Of a stretch of 64,000 nucleotides of DNA, positions 1 through 8,849 are shown in pieces. This DNA comes from Thermoanaerobacterales bacterium (GTDB lineage Bacteria > Bacillota > Thermosediminibacteria > Thermosediminibacterales > Tepidanaerobacteraceae), in the NCBI GenBank assembly GCA_012840135.1, contig DUMA01000018.1, forward strand, positions 119,150-183,149, given 5' to 3'. Every line of letters starts with the position of its first letter. The stretch's first letter is position 1. Under the pieces are notes generated by a model. The model worked only from the letters and a program-made list of their open reading frames with translations. It was not told the origin of the DNA and ran no database searches. Made by a program: the position numbers and the translations under genes.

Positions 1-13
1 AACTTTCATCAAT

Positions 14-109
14 TAAGTCATTGATTCTAGTGTAGAGACCCTACTTTTTTACTTCTTTATAGAAAGAAAAATAGAAATTCCCATCTATGATTTAAAAAGT
101 TTTGTTTGA
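14..109 (+). pseudogene. 3' remnant of a PIN-domain (VapC-like) gene
   Basis: Translates to ..IERKIEIPIYDLKSFV*. This matches the C-terminus (..FRKIEIPIYDLKSFDTT*) of the intact PIN gene at 24212-24664. There is an in-frame stop at 11-13 and no usable start. Confidence 0.4.
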
Positions 110-381
110 AGCGCCATTTTATTTTCAAAATCATTCACCTATAAATATTTTCAAAATAGATTAGCCGCGTCGCACTGCAACCTGGCACATGCAAAGGCTG
201 TTATTGCCTGTTATGAGCTGGTCGAAGGCGGAAAAATAGGCCCGTAAAATTGAAATAAACATCATGGACTGAGCAAATAATATATTATCCGTCATCGTCA
301 ATATACAAAAGGTTTTTTAGATTAAATGCAGAATATAGAAGATATGATTTTTAAATATAATTGATAAGGGGGAGGATTTTT

Positions 382-1017
382 ATGAGCGTAAAATCTAAAT
401 TTTATGAGCAAAGGTGCCAGAGGGCGGTAAAAGCTCTTATAAAAAACGGATTTGATGCCATATATGTGCCCACCAGAGAGGAAGCGGCAAAAAGAGCCAT
501 CGAATTAGTGCCCGAAAAAGCCAGCGTAGGGGTGGGCGGTTCAGTTACCATACATGAACTGGGCATTGTGGATGCATTAAAGGCAAAGGGCCATATAATT
601 TATGATCATTCCCTGGTGGATACTCCCGAAGAAAAAATTGCAGCCCGGAAAGGCCAGCTTACCTGCGATGTTTTCTTTGCCAGCACCAACGCCCTTTCAC
701 TGGATGGAAAGCTGGTAAATATAGATGCCACCGGCAATCGGGTGGCATCGATGATATTTGGCCCCGGGCATGTAGTCCTGGTGGTAGGAGCCAATAAGAT
801 AACGGATGATTTGAATCAAGCCCTGCTCAGGGCAAAACAGGTGGCAGCGCCCATGAACGCCATTAGATTAAAACAAAGGACACTCTGCACGATCACCGGA
901 AATTGTGGCGAATGTTCTTCCGAGGAAAGGATATGCAGGGTAACCACCATAATAGAACATAAACCCGCTTTGACTCCATTTACAGTAATAGTCGTCGGTG
1001 AGGAGATAGGATTCTAA
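382..1017 (+). CDS. LUD-domain protein (LutC/YkgG-like, DUF162)
   Basis: ORF 361-1017; the ATG at 382 follows GGGGGAGG (368-375). The GVGGS...NALSLDGKLVNIDATGNR...GPGHVVLVVGANKI pattern is typical of the LUD family. C-terminal Cys cluster CTITGNCGEC. Confidence 0.7.
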   Translation: MSVKSKFYEQRCQRAVKALIKNGFDAIYVPTREEAAKRAIELVPEKASVGVGGSVTIHELGIVDALKAKGHIIYDHSLVDTPEEKIAARKGQLTCDVFFASTNALSLDGKLVNIDATGNRVASMIFGPGHVVLVVGANKITDDLNQALLRAKQVAAPMNAIRLKQRTLCTITGNCGECSSEERICRVTTIIEHKPALTPFTVIVVGEEIGF

Positions 1018-1097
1018 AGTGCAATTGAGGGGCGGTTCTACCTTTTCTGACCTTTCTTCTACCCGAGATTTTTTTATCACCGGTTATATTACTTTGA

Positions 1098-1436
1098 AAA
1101 CGACTTATAGTTACACATTCAAACCCTCTTGAATATGAGGCCATCCATTTTGCGCCGGAAAAGAAAATCACAAGACAGGAGATGGTGGTGATAATAGTCA
1201 AGGCTTATTCATATGCCACCGGCAAAAAGATGAGCGATATATACACCACATCCGAAGTTAAGTTCATGGATGAGGGTGCTGTAAAAAGCTGGGCCCGAAG
1301 CTATGTAAGGCTGGCCGATGCGCTGGGCCTCATGAACGGAAATCCTGACGGTACTTTTGCACCCGGCGACGGCGCCACCAGGGCTCAGGCTGCAGTCATT
1401 ATAAGGAGATTGCTGGAAAAATCGGGCAAACTTTAA
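1098..1436 (+). pseudogene. C-terminal remnant of an S-layer-homology (SLH) domain protein
   Basis: The frame is open from 1098 with no start. It reads ..HFAPEKKITRQEMVVIIVKAY...MNGNPDGTFAPGDGATRAQAAVIIRRLLE, i.e. typical SLH repeats. The listed ORF 1182-1436 is only its tail. Confidence 0.6.
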
Positions 1437-1492
1437 ACGCTTTATGCACAGTAACTTTTAGACAAGAATTTACTTCTGTCTTCTGAAATCTT

Positions 1493-1533
1493 CTGCCGGC
1501 GCTAACCATCGGGTCTGTTGCCGGCAGATTTTT
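1493..1533 (+). terminator. Intrinsic terminator-like hairpin
   Basis: CTGCCGGC (1493-1500) pairs with GCCGGCAG (1520-1527) and is followed by ATTTTT. The loop is rather long. Confidence 0.45.
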
Positions 1534-1553
1534 AACAGAAAATTAATAAAAAC

Positions 1554-2109
1554 GGAGATAAATATCTAAAGCAAGTTGCATTGATATTAATATTTTGGAA
1601 GAGTTGTTTTCTATAGTATAAAATCAAAACCAAGCCCGACTCGGCCGCAGTGTGCCTGTTATAAAAGCATTGATATTGGGGTTTATAATACTTGCCCGCA
1701 TGGTTGCTAGTATTGTTGAGTCTTTTTTAAATATCTTGCCGGTTACTCTTGAACGAGTATTAGAAAACAGGCGTGGTTTTCAAGAGGTGTAGCCCTTTCT
1801 GTTCCATGCTGCGGAATATAGAAAATTTAGAAGACCACTAAAATCAATTGATACCGGTCAACCAAAGTAATATAATAAATATAGGAGAATGAAACATGAA
1901 CGACTGGCACAGCGACTTTTACGCCGCGATAAAACAACTGTTCAAAGACGAAGACCTAAAAATAATACAAGAAGAGTATCTCTCAAAAGGCCCCCTGCGC
2001 ATAGACGTAATCATCATAAAAAACCTGGACAGCCATCAGATAAAAAAGCAGATCGGAAAGATATTCAAAAAATACAACAACATAGAATACAAATCCCCCA
2101 CAGACTACA
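1554..2109 (+). repeat. Decayed left copy of the DUF1848-3'/spacer/Rpn-like-5' segment (partner 18114-18810)
   Basis: Near-identical to 18114-18810 by direct reading. It carries a TGG->TAG change and a ~135-bp internal deletion near 1717. Confidence 0.85.
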
Positions 2110-2168
2110 AGTTGTTACAGATTACGAATCCGGTGGGTACGCCTGGCATCATTAAAAACATGCAATAG
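1896..2168 (+). pseudogene. Truncated PD-(D/E)XK Rpn-like gene (first ~71 codons of the 18597-19631 paralog)
   Basis: MNDWHSDFYAAIKQLFKDEDLKIIQEEYLSK.PLRIDVIIIKNL..EYKSPTDY is shared with the 344-aa paralog. Homology stops at 2109, after which the ORF runs into unrelated sequence. Confidence 0.75.
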
Positions 2169-2285
2169 TTTTATTAAAGTTACGGATACATCCTAATTTT
2201 TCAGCTTATGACATTATGTTGAGTTCATTTTAAAATAAAGATTTTAGGATTTAATAAATTGCAGCAGGAAAATAGAATTTTGTAG

Positions 2286-2299
2286 CGAACATATATTCT
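2286..2299. promoter_or_regulatory. LexA (Cheo/DinR) box-like site CGAACATATATTCT
   Basis: Matches CGAAC-N4-GTTC(G/C) except for G->A in the right half. It lies 46 nt upstream of the HD gene start, and an identical 14-mer occurs at 4725-4738 upstream of the paralogous HD remnant. Confidence 0.5.
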
Positions 2300-2344
2300 A
2301 GAGTAATTTATATATTTAGAAAAAGGAAAAGGCTGGAATATCTA

Positions 2345-3634
2345 ATGGCAAAAAGGATAAAGAAGATTCAAGGATCGGATAATTTTAAAAAATATTTTCG
2401 AGATCCAATTTATAATTTCATATCTATAACTGAAAGATGGATTCTTGATTTGATAAATAGTAGAGAATTTCAAAGATTACGGTATATCAAGCAATTGGGC
2501 ACATCAGATGTTACGTATTATGGAGCAAATCATACCAGATTTTCACATTCTATAGGGACTATGTATCTTATGGATAGGGCATTATCCCAGTTGAAAAGAG
2601 TTATAAATATTAATAATGAAACAAGAATGATAGGGTTAGCAGCGGCTTTATTACATGATGTAGGGCATGGACCTTTTTCACATGTATTTGAAAAAGTTGT
2701 AAGCACAAAACATGAGACTTGGACAAATGATATTATTCTTGGAGATACTGAGATAAATAAAACTTTAAAAAACATAGATAAGGCTTTTCCACAGAAAGTT
2801 GCAAGTGTTATCAAGAAAGAATACCGTCATAGGTACCTTAGCTATTTATTATCCAGCCAACTCGATGTAGACAGAATGGATTATCTTTTAAGGGATAGCT
2901 ATTACGTAGGCGTTAAATATGGGCTTTTTGATGTAGATATGTTAATAAAATCTCTGTTGGTAGATGCTGATAAAATAACTTTGGATTATAAAGGATTATA
3001 TTCCGTAGAGCAATATGTTTACGCCAGATATTATATGTATTGGCAGGTATATTATCATAAAACTACTAGGGGATATGAGCTTTTGCTGCAAAATATTCTA
3101 AAAAGGGCGAAGTACTTATATAAAACAGACTCATTAGATTTAAAAGTGGATATATTAACTCCAATTTTTAGAAAAGAGAAAATGGAATTAGATGACTATT
3201 TGCGTTTAAATGATAATGTAATTTTATATGCAATCTTACTATGGAAAGATTCGAGGGATAAGATATTGAGCGATTTGTGCAATAAATATCTTAATAGAAA
3301 TTTGTATAAAGCCTATGAACTAAGCAGTCTCGTAAGTTTGGATGAAATAAAAGAAAAAATAAAATCATATGGAATGTGCGATGATTATTATCTTGCTATT
3401 GATAAACCTAGTAACGTTACTTATGATTATTATGTTGAAGGGGAAGAAGGAGAAAAACCACCTATTTTAATAAATAAAAAAGGTAAAATTAATTCAATCA
3501 CTAGATTTTCAGAATCTATTAAAGCAATTTCAGGTAACCGGGAAATTAAGTATTTTTTATATTTCCCAAGAGAAAGTTATGATGGTAAAAATATTTCTGA
3601 TGAAATAATTAGTTATCTGGAGGGGTTAGAATGA
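2345..3634 (+). CDS. HD-domain phosphohydrolase, YwfO/SAMHD1-like (COG1078-type putative dNTP triphosphohydrolase)
   Basis: FQRLRYIKQLG...HTRFSHSIGT...LLHDVGHGPFSH...QLDVDRMDYLLRDSYY are the canonical H..HD..D motifs of this family. Confidence 0.9.
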   Translation: MAKRIKKIQGSDNFKKYFRDPIYNFISITERWILDLINSREFQRLRYIKQLGTSDVTYYGANHTRFSHSIGTMYLMDRALSQLKRVININNETRMIGLAAALLHDVGHGPFSHVFEKVVSTKHETWTNDIILGDTEINKTLKNIDKAFPQKVASVIKKEYRHRYLSYLLSSQLDVDRMDYLLRDSYYVGVKYGLFDVDMLIKSLLVDADKITLDYKGLYSVEQYVYARYYMYWQVYYHKTTRGYELLLQNILKRAKYLYKTDSLDLKVDILTPIFRKEKMELDDYLRLNDNVILYAILLWKDSRDKILSDLCNKYLNRNLYKAYELSSLVSLDEIKEKIKSYGMCDDYYLAIDKPSNVTYDYYVEGEEGEKPPILINKKGKINSITRFSESIKAISGNREIKYFLYFPRESYDGKNISDEIISYLEGLE

Positions 3635-4158
3635 AAAGTATACTGAATGATTATTGCAGCATTATTGAATTGCTGCATATTGCAGGAGAAATAAAAGGAC
3701 GCAAAAAGTTACAAAAAATGGTATATATATTAAAAAGTTTAGGAGCAAATTTTACTGAAGACTTTTATTTTCATTATTATGGTCCTTATTCCGATACATT
3801 AACAATTAAACTTGAAGAGCTCAAATCTATGAATATAATTGAAGAAATAAAAGATGAGAGCGGGGCATTTCCACAGTATACGTACAGACTAAAAGCGGAA
3901 AAAGATATAAAAGATGGCCTTGAAAGATATAGAGATTTAATCGGTATACTTAATAGCCAAAATGCAAGATTTTTAGAGTTGTTAGCAACGGTAATATACT
4001 TCCAGCAAGAAGGATATCAACGGGAAGAAATATATGAAAAAGTAAAAATAGTGAAATCAGATAAAAATTATACTGATGACGAAATAGCTTTTTCTTTTGA
4101 TTTTTTAAAAGAAATTTGCGCCGACAGCAGTAACAACGGAGTGGAGGGTTTAGCTTGA
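3631..4158 (+). CDS. YwgA-like / Panacea (DUF4065)-like small protein, translationally coupled to the HD gene
   Basis: ATGA start/stop overlap with the HD gene. GRKKLQKMVYILKSLG...FHYYGPYS resembles YwgA, which sits next to the HD protein YwfO in Bacillus subtilis, and the SocA/Panacea fold. Confidence 0.6.
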   Translation: MKSILNDYCSIIELLHIAGEIKGRKKLQKMVYILKSLGANFTEDFYFHYYGPYSDTLTIKLEELKSMNIIEEIKDESGAFPQYTYRLKAEKDIKDGLERYRDLIGILNSQNARFLELLATVIYFQQEGYQREEIYEKVKIVKSDKNYTDDEIAFSFDFLKEICADSSNNGVEGLA

Positions 4159-4216
4159 AAAATAACTTTTCATTACTATTTGTGTCGCCAGCGGTAGCGG
4201 CGGAATGGAGGCTATA

Positions 4217-4654
4217 ATGAAGATTTCTAAAAGATTGCTTGATGAGCTCGTCGATGCATATGAGGATAATGATCCTATGCACCAATATTTTTTGAATATC
4301 AAGACGGGGGAAGTTGAATTTTTGACAGATTATGAGCCTGACGAAGAGCTATCCGATAGAATAGAAGAAGGTTTCGGCGAAATCTACTTCAGGGTTCCCC
4401 GAATATCGTCATCTGAGGGTTATGATGTAATGGAAGAATTTGCAGAAACAGTTGCTTCATCAAAGATAAGGCACAGGCTTTATGAGGCATTAAACAGGTC
4501 CAAAAAAGTATTCAGAAGGTTCAAAGATGTTCTGGATGACTATCCAGAAGAACGTGACCGCTATTATAAGTTCCTCCGAAAATACTGCGAAGAACAGATA
4601 ATAGAATGGCTGAAAGAGGAAGAGATAGATATGGAAATAACAATAGATGATTGA
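4217..4654 (+). CDS. Acidic hypothetical protein, possibly UPF0158-like
   Basis: ORF 4205-4654; the ATG at 4217 lies 5-6 nt after GGAGG. ..KTGEVEFL...VFRRFKDVLDDYPEERDRYYKF..EWL recalls UPF0158. Assigned from memory only. Confidence 0.45.
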   Translation: MKISKRLLDELVDAYEDNDPMHQYFLNIKTGEVEFLTDYEPDEELSDRIEEGFGEIYFRVPRISSSEGYDVMEEFAETVASSKIRHRLYEALNRSKKVFRRFKDVLDDYPEERDRYYKFLRKYCEEQIIEWLKEEEIDMEITIDD

Positions 4655-4724
4655 TTAATAGACGTTTGGTGTAAAAAGAATTTTGAACTTGCATATTTTC
4701 TGGCAGGAAATTTCAATTTTATGG

Positions 4725-4738
4725 CGAACATATATTCT
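4725..4738. promoter_or_regulatory. LexA box-like site CGAACATATATTCT (second copy)
   Basis: Same 14-mer and similar flanks (AATTTT.T.GCGAACATATATTCT) as 2286-2299. It lies 27 nt upstream of the HD remnant. Confidence 0.5.
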
Positions 4739-4764
4739 CATAGGCATTAAGAGGGGGGAGGTAT

Positions 4765-4932
4765 TTGGAGGATAAAATTTGGGAAATTAGGGATCCCATT
4801 TATGGCTTTATTGAGATAAATGAGTGGGAAAGAGAGATAATAAACCATCCTGTGTTTCAAAGATTAAAAAGGATAAGCCAATTGGCTTTAACGGATATGG
4901 TATATCCCGGTGCTGTTCATACAAGGGAGTAA
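4765..4932 (+). pseudogene. HD-phosphohydrolase remnant (N-terminal 55 codons only)
   Basis: LEDKIWEIRDPIYGFIEINEWEREIINHPVFQRLKRISQLALTDMVYPGAVHTRE* parallels residues ~19-66 of the intact HD protein. It then stops just before the next gene start, implying a ~1.1-kb internal deletion. Confidence 0.7.
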
Positions 4933-4939
4933 GGTTATT

Positions 4940-5065
4940 ATGGAAAATAAAGAATTTATAAGATACGCTTCCATTATACAATTAATTAAAGAAACACAAA
5001 AACACGCTTACAGGTTGGGGAGAACAGCCCTAGTCAACACACTTTATGAATCGCTCAAATTTTGA
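4940..5065 (+). pseudogene. 5' part of a second YwgA/Panacea-like gene, interrupted by the integrative element
   Basis: MENKEFIRYASIIQLIKETQKHAYRLGRTALVNTLY is host-derived up to TAT (5045-5047). The frame then reads into element DNA (ESLKF*). The 3' part is at 14114-14560. Confidence 0.7.
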
Positions 5066-5098
5066 ATCACTACCGTTCCTCCTGCTCCTCAACATTCG

Positions 5099-5614
5099 TT
5101 AACCAGCCTTTCTGAATACTGTGGATGTGAGGACGTGGAGGAGTTCCTTCGTGAACCGACGTGCCTCAGCGTAGTCCTTGAAGTAGACGTATACGCTCGT
5201 CCCACCTTCGTTGGAGCAGAGTTCGTCAATTTTTATGGCATTCTTCGCAACGTCCTCCAAGTACTGAAGCCCTGCGTCTGTCAGAGGAAAGTCAGCGGTG
5301 CCTTCCACATCGTAGTGAGAGCTCTCCTTTTGTACAAGGAGGTGGGGTCGGTAGAGGATGACCTTCGGAATGCCAAGCATCGTGCAGTAGACTTTGTAAC
5401 GAGCTGTCACTCTCTGGAACCGCTTGTATTCTTCCTCCAACTCCTCCCACTCGTCATCTGTAAGCTCCCGCTCGGGGAAGTTTATCGCTAGCTCGGAGTG
5501 GTCAATCTCCAGCCACCCATCCAGCAGAGCCTGTCCTAGACGCTCGTCCAACTCACCTTTGAGGACGGCAAGGGCAATCTCCTGACGCTTCTCAGGACTC
5601 CAGTTAACAAACAT
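5099..5614 (-). CDS. Hypothetical protein (element cargo)
   Basis: 171-aa ORF with the codon usage of the element. No recognisable motif. Confidence 0.55.
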   Translation of the reverse strand: MFVNWSPEKRQEIALAVLKGELDERLGQALLDGWLEIDHSELAINFPERELTDDEWEELEEEYKRFQRVTARYKVYCTMLGIPKVILYRPHLLVQKESSHYDVEGTADFPLTDAGLQYLEDVAKNAIKIDELCSNEGGTSVYVYFKDYAEARRFTKELLHVLTSTVFRKAG

Positions 5615-5715
5615 GTCTGAACACTCCTTTCATGGGGATTCTTAAACTGATAGTTTCTGTAATCGTCTCCGGTTTACATTCTCCTCACCTCCTCAACGGG
5701 GTGGAGTAGAACCGT

Positions 5716-5964
5716 TAGGTTTTTAGCTTTTAGGTTTTGAAGCTAAACCTCGGCAAATACTTCTAAATAGTAAGGTTTGTTAGCTTTTAGCTTTTGAAGC
5801 TTTTGTTATTCCCCCGTTATATAATAAATATCATTCTTCCATACTATATCTCTCCTCTCTTTGTATATATTTTCTTTCTAGAAGCTAAAAAAGCTAAAAA
5901 GCTAACTAACACTTGAATTGCAAGAGTTTGCAGTGTTAGCTTTCATTAGCTTTTTAGCTTTCGG
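5716..5964. repeat. Iteron-like field of TTAGCTTT(T)/AAAAGCTAA repeats around an AT-rich spacer (candidate replication origin)
   Basis: About 10 copies in both orientations: 5723-5731, 5780-5795 and 5796-5804; the inverse copies at 5883-5910; and 5936-5961. An AT-rich block lies at 5820-5880. The field is immediately downstream of, and overlaps the stop of, the primase-helicase gene. Confidence 0.55.
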
Positions 5965-8326
5965 ATTTTGGAAGTATCTCGTACAAGTTTCGATTGCCAA
6001 GCGAAACTAGCTTCAAGCCAGCAATCTTCTCAACGTCTGTTCTATGCTTGGACAAGAACCAACCAAGTCTCTTCCCGTTCTCAAACGGATACTCTTTCCC
6101 GTTCAGCTCTACCCATGCACGCATGCAAATGTCTTCTGCGGAGAGCCTATGCCCAACTCCTTTCTCCTGTCTGTAGTAGTCTGCGATGTCTCGCAGCGTT
6201 GACAATGCATTGTCAGCTTGCTCTGCTTCGGCATAGAACGTGCGCGGTAGCTTCCGAATGATACTCTCTGTGACCTTCAGCATCTCTCCACTCTTGTCAA
6301 GAGCTTCTGCCATTATGCGGAGTGCGCGTTCCAATCCGGAAAGTCTCAACTGTGACCTCTCTCCAGCCTTCCAACGCTTGTCTGCAATCTGGAGAAACCA
6401 GCACGCAGCAGACAGAATGTCTGTCAGAAGCTCTTTCCTACGGCGTGACCAGTTGTAGAACCAGTCTGGGTCGTACCGTCCCTCTAATGCCTTGAAGTAG
6501 AGCCGGATAGACCTCTGCAGTACGTCACTCTCCTTAACCGGAACAGCGATACCTGTAATCGCTACGCACGTCTCTGGATGGAATCGGCTAACACTTGCCG
6601 TAGTGTAGAGTGTCCTCATTTCAATAACTCCACCGGTTACAATGCGGGCAAGACTCACCTCTACGGCCTTTCGTAGCTCCGGAGGGAGAGAGTCCACGTT
6701 GTCTAGTATCAGTAGCCCCGGAGAGTTAACGAGCATCGCTTCGAAATCTCTCTTGTCGGACGGCTGACCCTTTAACCACTTGTCGCTGTAGTCTCCGGTA
6801 AAGGTAAATATCCTCAGTCGGTAGAAGTCCGTCTTACCGGAACCTCTTTCACCAATGGCTAGCTCGAGTGGTAGCTGGAGCCCTCTCCAGTTTCTAAAGA
6901 TTGGTGTCAGGTAGCAGAGAAGTTCAAGAAGTGTTCTCTGCTCCTCGTCCGTCAGTACTGGATGAGTATCAAGGCTCAACTGATTGACAACCTCTCTCCA
7001 CAACCGTCTAGGTCTCATTCCGACGGCGTCTAAATCGATTTCGCACTCCTCAGTTATGAACCCCCGTTTGAACAAGACACTATCAGTCCCGTTCGGTCTT
7101 ACCTCTACTCCGAGAGGAGTCACTTTGTAGAACTCCGAGTCGCTCTTCGCTACGTAGACCACATTTTCGCGAGCGAAGAAGAGGTTGTGTGGGGTGACAA
7201 GCTCCACGCCTTGACGGAATTCATCAGCAACCCTCTTTAGCAGCTCCTTATCGGATGTTCCTATCTCGTAAACTCTCTTCAGGTACTGTGCAAGTGACTT
7301 CTCCGGGAACTCTGCGGAATCGACCTTCCACTCGGCGTCGTACAGTGAATACTCCTCATTGTCAAAGAAGTAGTATTCTGGGAGCTCCGGATGCTTGTAG
7401 CGCTTGCCACGATGGTCTAAATCCGCAACTGTCGCTTTAGCGGCAGCAAGAATGTCAGAGCGACTTTTTTTACGGTCAAGGAGCAACTGTAGCCACGAGC
7501 GCAGGTTGGGAATCGTTGGAAAAAGAGCTGCATCAGCGAGCTCCCAAAATTCGTCTGCGGAGTGTTCGAGCAGAAAATCATCCAACCCAACTTTCTTGTC
7601 TGGTCTGTCAGATGGAAGAACAACCTGATAAACCTCAGCACCGTGCCGATGCAGCCATAGAGCCAGTTCGAATGCGGCTCTCTGCACATTCTCTCTCGAA
7701 GAGAGCTTTGCCATCGGGTCATTGTCGAAAACAATATAGACCTTACGACCACTCCAACGAAACTCTAGCAGCTCTGGAGCTACGTGCTCTTCTACCCTTC
7801 GAATGTTCTCCGGTTTGATGCTGACCAGTACCTCTTTGTCGAGCTGTTTAACGCTTGTTGGCAAGAGTCTGTACTGCTGTCGCTTCCAGTTGTCTACTCC
7901 TCCGAGACCGATAGTAGGGATTCCCTCTTGCACTGATTTAGCAGCTTTCTTCTCGCCCTCGGTTATGACAATCGGTTCCAAGGTATTCGCTACGGACCAC
8001 ACCTCAGGTAAAACGTAGAGGTGCGTTCCTGCGTACTTCGGTTGTACGTAACGGACAGTGTCTCCATCGGGTGTCGTAATCGGAGGAAACAACCGGACTC
8101 TGACAAATGGTATCGGTTCGGCGTCTTCCTCCAGACCTTTGTCAGTTAACGGCTTACCATGTCTGTCAAAATACGGTATGAGGTAGCCTACCGCATTCTT
8201 CCAGCCCGTAAGCTTCTCAACCTCTTCTATTGAGAGCGAGCGTATTCCCATACGAGCAATCGTCTCATCGGAGAGTCCGCTATCCCTCAGGTTCTGGAGA
8301 TGCGCTGGTGCTATGCGACTTAACAT
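5954..8326 (-). CDS. Replication protein: Toprim/DUF3854-like primase domain + P-loop NTPase
   Basis: The ..ITEGEKKAAKSVQEGIPTIGLGGVDNW...VYIVFDND pattern is Toprim-like. Walker A is AIGERGSGKTDF, and a Walker B-like LLILDNVD follows. Confidence 0.7.
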   Translation of the reverse strand: MLSRIAPAHLQNLRDSGLSDETIARMGIRSLSIEEVEKLTGWKNAVGYLIPYFDRHGKPLTDKGLEEDAEPIPFVRVRLFPPITTPDGDTVRYVQPKYAGTHLYVLPEVWSVANTLEPIVITEGEKKAAKSVQEGIPTIGLGGVDNWKRQQYRLLPTSVKQLDKEVLVSIKPENIRRVEEHVAPELLEFRWSGRKVYIVFDNDPMAKLSSRENVQRAAFELALWLHRHGAEVYQVVLPSDRPDKKVGLDDFLLEHSADEFWELADAALFPTIPNLRSWLQLLLDRKKSRSDILAAAKATVADLDHRGKRYKHPELPEYYFFDNEEYSLYDAEWKVDSAEFPEKSLAQYLKRVYEIGTSDKELLKRVADEFRQGVELVTPHNLFFARENVVYVAKSDSEFYKVTPLGVEVRPNGTDSVLFKRGFITEECEIDLDAVGMRPRRLWREVVNQLSLDTHPVLTDEEQRTLLELLCYLTPIFRNWRGLQLPLELAIGERGSGKTDFYRLRIFTFTGDYSDKWLKGQPSDKRDFEAMLVNSPGLLILDNVDSLPPELRKAVEVSLARIVTGGVIEMRTLYTTASVSRFHPETCVAITGIAVPVKESDVLQRSIRLYFKALEGRYDPDWFYNWSRRRKELLTDILSAACWFLQIADKRWKAGERSQLRLSGLERALRIMAEALDKSGEMLKVTESIIRKLPRTFYAEAEQADNALSTLRDIADYYRQEKGVGHRLSAEDICMRAWVELNGKEYPFENGKRLGWFLSKHRTDVEKIAGLKLVSLGNRNLYEILPKSES

Positions 8327-8354
8327 CTCTCATTCGCCTCCCTCTCTTCGAGTC

Positions 8355-8606
8355 TTACTCTTTGTATATCCTGTCAGCCATCTCATGATACTGTTTCACC
8401 CAATCCTCGAACTCTGCGAGGTAGAGCACCGGAGCGTTTACTCCGTTGACCTTCCGGAGGGACATCTTCAGGATTCCCTCATCGACCAGCTTCTCGATTT
8501 CCTCCCTCGCTCCGGGAAAGAAATCCATTCGTGATACATTGAGGACTGGATACGTCCTGAACAGCTCTAACAGCCTGTCACGCTTGTTCAATCCACCTCT
8601 TGGCAT
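8355..8606 (-). CDS. Small hypothetical protein (83 aa)
   Basis: Internal ATG (8606) of ORF 8355-8753, preceded by GAAAGGGG. The upstream part of the listed ORF is AT-rich junk. Confidence 0.5.
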   Translation of the reverse strand: MPRGGLNKRDRLLELFRTYPVLNVSRMDFFPGAREEIEKLVDEGILKMSLRKVNGVNAPVLYLAEFEDWVKQYHEMADRIYKE

Positions 8607-8849
8607 GCTAACAACCCCTTTCAGTATTAAGTGTGTTATTGCTATTATTATATTTGAAACCAAAGGAACTTTTAAGGGAGGAACTTTTTTTGTTGAGCGA
8701 TTGGAAAGCGAAGAAAAACAAGCTACCTCTATAAAGTTGCGACCAAGTATCATAAAATATAATCAAGACAGAGTCAGGAGTATAGCTCCGGAGCCTCAAA
8801 GAGGCTCGCTCGTCGATAAAAGTTCCTAGGTGCAGGCTTAACATAAAGT

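Noticed and set aside
168-215. TGGCAC at ~194 as a sigma-54 promoter upstream of the LUD gene
   Set aside because: The downstream sequence (TGGCACATGCAAAGGCT) lacks TTGC at the -12 position with GG-N10-GC spacing. No activator gene is nearby.
1889-2155. 88-aa highly basic ORF overlapping the truncated Rpn-like gene
   Set aside because: It is an alternative frame of a sequence whose other frame is nearly identical to the N-terminus of the 344-aa paralog at 18597. Its composition (R/K/H/Q-rich) is an A-rich-DNA artefact.
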